The position numbers were made by a program, and so were the translations under genes. From Candidatus Bathyarchaeota archaeon (lineage in GTDB: Archaea > Thermoproteota > Bathyarchaeia > Bathyarchaeales > Bathycorpusculaceae), in contig CAWDYC010000011.1 of NCBI GenBank assembly GCA_963806535.1, positions 128,001 through 192,000 on the forward strand: a stretch of DNA of 64,000 nt, given 5' to 3'. The notes below the pieces were generated by a model. It saw nothing but the letters and a program-made list of their open reading frames with translations, was not told where the DNA came from and searched no databases. Below, in pieces: positions 56,964 to 64,000 of the stretch. The first letter of the stretch is position 1. Every line of letters starts with the position of its first letter.

Positions 56964-58254
56964 ATGGCGGCAGGAGACATAGCGTGGGTAATAACTGCAA
57001 CAGCATTAGTCATGCTCATGACACCAGCACTAGGATTCTTCTACGGAGGCCTAGTGCGAAAGAAAAACCTAGTATCAACAATCGTTCAATGCTTCATAAT
57101 ATTCGCAGTCATAAGCATCATCTGGGCGCTTTGGGGCTATGCCCTTGTGTTTGGCAACAGCATCAACGGGTTAATCGGCTTTAAAACAAGCCTGATAGGA
57201 TTAAACGGCTTAGACATACATGCCGTTAACACGGCAATTGCGCCACAGGTTCCCGAACTACTTTACTTTGCATTCCAACTAAAATTCGCAGCAATCACGC
57301 CAGCTCTCATTATAGGTGCATGTGCAGAAAGAATCAGATTCAAATCCCTTCTTATCTTCATGATTCTTTGGTCAACACTCATCTACATGCCAATCGCACA
57401 TTGGGTATGGAACCCAAACGGATGGCTTCACAACTATCGGCGCTATCGACTTTGCTGGAGGGATAGTTGTACACATTTCAGCAGGCATTTCAGCATTAGC
57501 TGCAGCATTAGTGGTGGGCAGACGAAAAGGATGCGCAGTTCCATGGCAAAACCACATGAAATCATTAGATAAAAAAGATCACTCAGCAGAATTCAAACCA
57601 ACCAACATCCCTTATGTACTCTTAGGTGCAGCATTACTCTGGTTCGGATGGTTCGGCTTCAACGCCGGCAGCGCAGTAGCCGCAAACGACTTAGCAGTCT
57701 CAGCACTTGTGACTACAAACTTGGCAGCAGCAGCAGCAGCTGTAAGCTGGATGCTTGCAGACTGGGCAATCAAGGGAAAACCATCGGCAACGGGTATTGC
57801 GGTTGGGGCAGTGGTTGGATTAGTGGCGATTACGCCTGCAGCAGGATATGTCAGTGCATCATCTGCTTTAATTATTGGTTTAGCGGCAGGAGTTATTTCA
57901 AACTTGGTAGCTAACTGGAGGTCAGGTAGATCACGAATTGATGATTCATTGGATGTTTTTGCATGCCATGGTGTTGGCGGAATGTGGGGGTCAATCGCAA
58001 CAGGCCTCTTCGCTTCAGCAGCAATCAGTGCATCGGCGGGCGTTCCTGGCTTTAACGGTGCCCTTTTTGGAAACCCAGGCCAACTCGTTGCTCAGTTAAT
58101 TGCAGTTGGGGTAGTGGTACCATTTGCATTCTTCGGTTCCTATTTACTGCTTAGACTCGTGAATATATTCTCACCTTTGAGGGTGAGCGAACAAGCAGAA
58201 GATGCAGGTTTAGACCTTAGCGAACACGGCGAAGAAGCATACCAACTTGACTAA
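56964..58254 (+). CDS. amt: Ammonium transporter (frameshift near 57435)
   Basis: LMTPALGFFYGG, FQLKFA, DFAGGIVVH, WFGWFGFN, DDSLDVFACHG. Confidence 0.94.
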
Positions 58255-58526
58255 GCTGAGAACAGAGCAAGAACTCTAATTCTTTTTTTATTTAATTTTG
58301 AAATAAGCTTTTAGACATTTAACACTTTAAACTTTGTTTTTTGAACGGTTTTCCATAAAAATGTTTAGCTATCCAATAAGCGTTGAAAGAATGCAAATAT
58401 TATGAGAAATTTTTTGAGCATTTATCCATAATTACTGCTTTAATCAATGCGAATGTATAGTTTAAATATTAGTTTTGCCAACTTGCAAGAACAAACAAAC
58501 AGTATTGACGCTGAGAGGGGACAAAT

Positions 58527-59816
58527 ATGGGAGCAGCTGACATCGCGTGGGTTCTGACATCGACAGCCCTAGTTATGTTAATGGTTCCAGCCTTGGCTTT
58601 CTTCTATGGTGGGTTAGTGCGGAGAAAAAATCTTGTCTCCACGCTTGTTCAATGTATCATTATTTTTGCTGTGGTAAGTCTTGTATGGTTTTTTTGGGGC
58701 TATAATTTCGTTTATGGAAAAAGCATCGGCGGATTTATAGGGTTTAGCCCAAACTTATTTGGATTAAACGGACTAACAATAAACACCGTTAATCCCACAT
58801 ACGCAAAAGATATCCCAGAAATTCTATTTTTCGCGTTCCAACTAAAGTTTGCCGCTATCACTCCTGCCCTAATCATAGGTGCATGTGCAGAAAGAATCAA
58901 ATTCAAATCGCTACTTATCTTTGTCATTTTGTGGTCAACTCTCATTTACTCTCCTATTGCGCATTGGGTATGGAACGCCAACGGTTGGCTTCACGTATTG
59001 GGCGCTTATGATTTTGCTGGTGGCATAGTAGTGCATATAGCTGCTGGGTTATCGGCATTGGCGGCAGCGCTTGTAGTCGGTAGACGAAGGGGCTGCGTTT
59101 ACTGGAAAGACCAGCTCAAAGCATTAGATCAAAAAGGCGCAGGCAAACCAGCATCTTTGGCAACAGAGTTCAAGCCAACAAACATTCCATATGTAATTTT
59201 AGGCGCAGGCTTACTTTGGTTCGGGTGGTTCGGTTTCAATGGTGGCAGCGCATTGGCAGCTGACAATCTTGCTGCATCAGCTGTCGTAGTTACTAATTTG
59301 GCAGCCGCCGCAGCTGCAGTTAGCTGGATGCTAATGGATTGGGTATTCAAAGGAAAGCCTTCAGCAATTGGAATTGCAGTTGGTGCTGTATGCGGTTTGG
59401 CTGCAATTACAGCCGCTTCAGGTTACGTTAGTTTTATGTCGGCAGTTATAATAGGTTTGGTTGCTGGCGTAGTTTCCAATTTGGTGGCTAACTGGCGAGC
59501 TGGCAGATCAAGAATAGACGATACGCTCGACGTTTTTTCCTGCCATGGAATCGGCGGTATAATCGGTGCCCTTGCGGTAGGTTTGTTCGCAACAGGTTTG
59601 GTTAATCAAGGCGTTAACGGTCTTTTCTATGGTCATCCTGCTCTGCTTGGTATCCAAGCTCTTGCTGTACTAGTTGTGTCTGTCTTCGCGTTTGTGGGCT
59701 CCTATTTGCTTTTGAGATTGGTGGATCTGTTTTCTCCTCTGCGCGTTAGTCCTCAAGAAGAAGAGGATGGCTTGGACCTTAGTCAACATGGAGAAGAAGC
59801 ATATCACCTCGAATAA
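58527..59816 (+). CDS. amt: Ammonium transporter
   Basis: Same motifs, intact, both pore His residues present. Confidence 0.96.
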   Translation: MGAADIAWVLTSTALVMLMVPALAFFYGGLVRRKNLVSTLVQCIIIFAVVSLVWFFWGYNFVYGKSIGGFIGFSPNLFGLNGLTINTVNPTYAKDIPEILFFAFQLKFAAITPALIIGACAERIKFKSLLIFVILWSTLIYSPIAHWVWNANGWLHVLGAYDFAGGIVVHIAAGLSALAAALVVGRRRGCVYWKDQLKALDQKGAGKPASLATEFKPTNIPYVILGAGLLWFGWFGFNGGSALAADNLAASAVVVTNLAAAAAAVSWMLMDWVFKGKPSAIGIAVGAVCGLAAITAASGYVSFMSAVIIGLVAGVVSNLVANWRAGRSRIDDTLDVFSCHGIGGIIGALAVGLFATGLVNQGVNGLFYGHPALLGIQALAVLVVSVFAFVGSYLLLRLVDLFSPLRVSPQEEEDGLDLSQHGEEAYHLE

Positions 59817-59918
59817 CAAACCTTGACCACCGTATTTCCTTAAGTCCGACTACTTAGCGATAATTTGCAAAAGTATATGAGCCGATTAACCAATATGGTC
59901 ATCGCAGGGTGAGGGTGT

Positions 59919-61541
59919 ATTAAACAGCGAACTGTTCTCTGCTTAATCATTGCACTAGTAGTTGCTGTTTATTTTATCAATGTAGGTTTTATTCAATCTG
60001 TTGGTTCCTGTTATGGTCCATGCATAACCGCCGACATAGACAAAACACAAGTTAACATTAATGGAACTGTCACAGTCACTGGGCAAGTGTGTCCTCCGGA
60101 ACAAAATCTAACGATAAGAGTGGATTTTACAAGACCTGATTACAGCTATATAGAACAATACGTGTTAACTGATCCACAAACAGGAAATTTTTGTGTTACT
60201 CAAAAACTTGACATGCCTGGCTATTGGAATATATTTGCAGTAAACGGAGCCCTCTCCGATAGACTATACGCTCAGGTAAATGACCCATCCAATCCAAATT
60301 TCACGGCGCCCCCTCCAGCTATACCGTTAACTTACAAGCCAAACTACACAGTCTTTGTTGTGGCAACTACCTTGATAGCAATAGCTATTGTGGCGGTATC
60401 GTTAGGCTTAAAAAACAAAACAATAAAAATAAGTTCACTCAGATTAGCGGTTCAAATCGGCTTATTGTTTCTAATTTTCTTTGGTATATTCGTTGACCAC
60501 CAGTACCTGTCGGTGCCAGCAGGTGAGATTTCACCTCATTCAAATTCATTTACAACTAATGTGTTTGGTGTATCGATGCCTGATGGACTTCCCGCACCGT
60601 TTTTCGCGTGCTTTTATCCATGTGGAGGAACCGTAACTTGCGCGTTGTGGCAAATTCAAACTTATATTTATCCGTTCTTTAACGTCGGAGGCGGCTGGGG
60701 TGTACATTATGACTCCACGGGTATCGAAAGATTAGCAGTAGTTTTTGGAATTGTGATTGTTGCTGCAGTGATTCTTGGTAGGTTCTTCTGCGGTTGGGTT
60801 TGTCCTTTCGGTTTATATTTAGATTTAATGACTTATCTTAGAAAAATCTTAAAAATCAAACGAAGACTCTTTTCTGACAAGTTTAACAAGCAGCTTCATC
60901 AATTGAGCTATGTAATCTTAGCGGCTATAATCATAATCTCTGTAATTTTTGGTTCACAAGCAATCGCAGGATTCCAAATAGTTCCTGGAACCCAAAAAGG
61001 AGGACCTGTATGGGATTATTATTCATCGCCATTTTGCCAAGTTTGCCCAATGAAGCCATTTTGCATTTTAGCATGGACAGGCCTAGGCTTAATGAAGCCC
61101 GCTTGGACAATTCAAACCACAACTGGCCAATTTTATCAACTTGGATTCTACTTAACATCCATAAACCTCATAATTTTGGGAATAGTGACCGTTGCAGCGT
61201 TCTTCTTCAGGCGCTCATGGTGCAGAATCTGCCCTCTAGGCGGCTTAATAGCTTTATTCAATAGATTCCCTCCATTCAAGTGGATTTCAGGAGTACGTTT
61301 AAACAAAAATGAGGAGAAATGCAGCAAATGCGGCATATGCAAACGGGTTTGCCCAAGCCAAGAGAAAAATGTCTACGAGCAGAATAAAGGTGATGTAGCC
61401 TCTTCACAATGTATTTGGTGTTTGCGTTGCGTTGAGATGTGCCCGAATGAGGATTGTTTACAATTCAAATTTGCAGGAAAGACAGTTTGCAAGTCAAGGA
61501 ACTGGCTTAACAATTCAAATAAGGAAGTAGTAACAGACTAG
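59919..61541 (+). CDS. NapH/YccM-like membrane 4Fe-4S protein with extracellular N-terminal domain
   Basis: FFCGWVCP, WCRICP and two CxxCxxCxxxCP motifs. The frame is open back to ATT at 59919 and encodes a signal peptide. Confidence 0.85.
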   Translation: MKQRTVLCLIIALVVAVYFINVGFIQSVGSCYGPCITADIDKTQVNINGTVTVTGQVCPPEQNLTIRVDFTRPDYSYIEQYVLTDPQTGNFCVTQKLDMPGYWNIFAVNGALSDRLYAQVNDPSNPNFTAPPPAIPLTYKPNYTVFVVATTLIAIAIVAVSLGLKNKTIKISSLRLAVQIGLLFLIFFGIFVDHQYLSVPAGEISPHSNSFTTNVFGVSMPDGLPAPFFACFYPCGGTVTCALWQIQTYIYPFFNVGGGWGVHYDSTGIERLAVVFGIVIVAAVILGRFFCGWVCPFGLYLDLMTYLRKILKIKRRLFSDKFNKQLHQLSYVILAAIIIISVIFGSQAIAGFQIVPGTQKGGPVWDYYSSPFCQVCPMKPFCILAWTGLGLMKPAWTIQTTTGQFYQLGFYLTSINLIILGIVTVAAFFFRRSWCRICPLGGLIALFNRFPPFKWISGVRLNKNEEKCSKCGICKRVCPSQEKNVYEQNKGDVASSQCIWCLRCVEMCPNEDCLQFKFAGKTVCKSRNWLNNSNKEVVTD

Positions 61542-61559
61542 AATTAGTGACAAACTACA

Positions 61560-62513
61560 ATGGGAGCAAAATTGTCGGTTAAGAAAGGTTTTTTTGCGTT
61601 TCTTTTACTGCTAACACTGTCATCCTTAATCTTTATAAGCACAGTGCGTTCGCAGACTTCACCTACAACCATTTTCATCCAGTCAGACGGCAATATTAAT
61701 CCACAAAACATTCCCATACAACGTAACGGAGATACTTACACTTTCACTGGTAACATTAATGACCCAATCCTTGTACAAAAAAGCAACATCATGCTCGATG
61801 GCGCTGGCTATTCCTTAATGGGAACTTTGAGCGAAGAGCAAAAAAATTCTGAACCAATTTTAGGTCTAGGTCCAAACACCACATTTTCAGTATTGTACGT
61901 AATCGGTATCGATCTTGATAAGAACGTTAGTGGTGTAACAATCAAGAACTTAAACGTTGGCAACTTCAGCGTTGGAATATATGTCCGAACAACCCACAAC
62001 ACTCTGATTGACAACAGAATTTCAGACAATATAGTTGGCATACTACTTTCAGGCTCATCAGACACTTTAAGCAAAAACTACATTGACAACAATAAGCAGG
62101 GTCTCTTTTTCGGCTTCCAACAAATAAATGGAAGTGCAAATAACATACCTTCAGACATAAAAGTTAGCCAAAACAGCTTTGTCAACAATAGCCAGCAACT
62201 TAGCGGTTGTGTGTGCAAGCAATACAATTTTAGTGAACTCAAACATTCTTGGGATGATGGCAAGCAAGGAAACTTTTGGAGCAATTACAACGGAACCGAC
62301 AGTGATCACGATGGCATTGGCGATACCCCATACATAATTGATGTTTTAAATCAAGATCGCTACCCATTAATACAGAGTCTTGCTTCGCCACCTATACCAT
62401 CGCATTCTACGCAAATTCCAACTGAGCTTATTATCATCGGGATTACTGTACCCTTAATCGTAGTTATAGCGGTGGTTTTTCTATTGAAAAGAAGAAAGAA
62501 TGTTAAGATTTAG
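61560..62513 (+). CDS. NosD/CASH beta-helix surface protein
   Basis: N..GI repeats, GNFWSNY.G.D...DGIGDTPY, C-terminal TM. Confidence 0.85.
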   Translation: MGAKLSVKKGFFAFLLLLTLSSLIFISTVRSQTSPTTIFIQSDGNINPQNIPIQRNGDTYTFTGNINDPILVQKSNIMLDGAGYSLMGTLSEEQKNSEPILGLGPNTTFSVLYVIGIDLDKNVSGVTIKNLNVGNFSVGIYVRTTHNTLIDNRISDNIVGILLSGSSDTLSKNYIDNNKQGLFFGFQQINGSANNIPSDIKVSQNSFVNNSQQLSGCVCKQYNFSELKHSWDDGKQGNFWSNYNGTDSDHDGIGDTPYIIDVLNQDRYPLIQSLASPPIPSHSTQIPTELIIIGITVPLIVVIAVVFLLKRRKNVKI

Positions 62514-62566
62514 CTTTCCGCTATCTTTTTAATATAAATGCTGATTACGGATAAGCGGTAATTGAA

Positions 62567-63142
62567 ATGAAGGTTGTTGCTTTTAATGGGAGCGCGCGGA
62601 AAGATGGAAATACAGCAATTTTGATTCGCCACGTTCTTGAAGTACTTGAGAAAGAAGGAATAGAAACTGAATTAATACAGCTGTCTGGCGAGCAGATTCA
62701 CGGTTGCATGGCATGTGGAACCTGCCGCAAAATTAAAAACAAAGAATGCAAGATTGTAAACGATAACGTTAACTTATACATTCAGAAAATTGCTGAATCA
62801 GATGGGTTAATACTTGGGTCACCTACATATTTTTCAATGATGTCTCCTGAGTTGAAAGCCCTTATTGATCGTGCAGGATTTGTTGCAAGATCAAATGGTG
62901 ACTTGTTCAAACAAAAAGTTGGTGCTGCAATTGTTGCAGTTCGAAGAGCTGGCGGAATTCCAACCTTTGATGCCATAAACCACTTTTTCCTCATCAATCA
63001 AATGATAGTTCCAGGTTCATCATACTGGAATGTCGGTTTCGGCTTAAACATGGGTGACGTTGAAAAAGATGATGAAGGCATAAAAACTATGGAAGATTTG
63101 GGCAGAAACATGGCGTGGTTACTCAAAAAACTAAAACCTTAA
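62567..63142 (+). CDS. Iron-sulfur flavoprotein (flavodoxin family)
   Basis: GSARKDGNT, CMACGTC...C, GSPTY. Confidence 0.9.
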   Translation: MKVVAFNGSARKDGNTAILIRHVLEVLEKEGIETELIQLSGEQIHGCMACGTCRKIKNKECKIVNDNVNLYIQKIAESDGLILGSPTYFSMMSPELKALIDRAGFVARSNGDLFKQKVGAAIVAVRRAGGIPTFDAINHFFLINQMIVPGSSYWNVGFGLNMGDVEKDDEGIKTMEDLGRNMAWLLKKLKP

Positions 63143-63258
63143 CTAAGCAGCTTTGACAACTATTTAGATTTTCTGTAGAATCATATTTCGACCTTTCATC
63201 AAGCCAAGAAGGTAGAATGTGGAGAAGAAGAAAGGATGAAAAGAATTGAGAACATTTC

Positions 63259-64000
63259 TTATTTCATTATTGCTTTAAGATCTTCATCAGCAGTTTTGAT
63301 AGGCATTATATTGAACTTTTCCACTAACACATTTAGAATGTTAGGTGTTATGAATGCTGGTAAGCTTGGTCCTATTCGTATGTCTTTTATTCCAAGATAC
63401 AGCAATGAAAGCAGTATGGCAACGGCTTTTTGTTCATACCATGACAGCACCAGTGAAAGCGGTAAATCGTTAACTTCTACACCAAAAGCATCCGCTAAGG
63501 CTTGAGCAATTTTAACAGCTGAGTAAGCGTCATTGCATTGTCCGATGTCTAGCAGTCTTGGGATGTCATCAATTGTTCCAAGTTCTTTGTCGAAGAATCT
63601 GAATTTTCCACAGGCCAATGTTAGGATAATCGTGTTTTTTGGTGCTTTTTCAACTAATTCTGAGTAGTAGCTTCTGCCTGGTTTAGCGCCATCACATCCG
63701 CCAACTAAAATGAATCGTTTGATATGGCCGTTTTTGACTGATGCTATGACTTTATCGGCTACATTTAAAACAGCGTTTCTGCCAAAACCTACCAATACCG
63801 TTTTACCATCCACGTCTTCTGCAAATCCAGACAATTCCAAAGCTTTCCCAATGACAGGAGAGAAGTCATTACCATTTAGGTGAGGCACTTTTGGATATGC
63901 GACAGGTCCCGAAGTGAAAATTTTGCCGCTGTAACTTTCTAGGGGTTTTTGGATACAATTCGTTGTCATCAATATGGCTCCAGGGAATTGTGCAAATTCC
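63259..64000 (-). CDS. hcp: Hydroxylamine reductase / hybrid cluster protein, C-terminal part
   Basis: [30 protein letters not shown]; truncated at window edge. Confidence 0.95.
   Translation of the reverse strand, partial: EFAQFPGAILMTTNCIQKPLESYSGKIFTSGPVAYPKVPHLNGNDFSPVIGKALELSGFAEDVDGKTVLVGFGRNAVLNVADKVIASVKNGHIKRFILVGGCDGAKPGRSYYSELVEKAPKNTIILTLACGKFRFFDKELGTIDDIPRLLDIGQCNDAYSAVKIAQALADAFGVEVNDLPLSLVLSWYEQKAVAILLSLLYLGIKDIRIGPSLPAFITPNILNVLVEKFNIMPIKTADEDLKAIMK

Overview
AT-rich archaeal chromosomal segment. The TFB, archaeal-type IleRS, TATA promoters, PQQ-propeller and NosD secreted proteins, and double-AbrB protein suggest Bathyarchaeia (inference). Many genes are split by single-base indels, most likely from long-read or assembly error. 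Left to right: a PhoU regulator; a selD / double-cubane reductase / tusA / dsrE operon with a divergent LysR; ileS; nrdR-nrdD-nrdG with candidate NrdR boxes; korAB behind an unannotated 45-aa nine-cysteine peptide and a tandem ferritin-like gene; an ABC exporter; a TiaS/Mmp11-like gene paired with a membrane protein; tRNA-Ser(GCT); a hybrid kinase, an extra TFB and an orphan nuclease-like gene; two amt genes; and hcp. The most striking unexplained structure is an integrase-free tandem cassette array downstream of tRNA-Ser (about 36.1-43.0 kb). Its small cargo blocks are separated by degenerate copies of the tRNA 3' end, flanked by a conserved TGTGGAATTTAAAC motif and a conserved ~100-bp downstream arm that can end in the inverted motif. 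A dispersed ~100-bp non-coding repeat also occurs three times.
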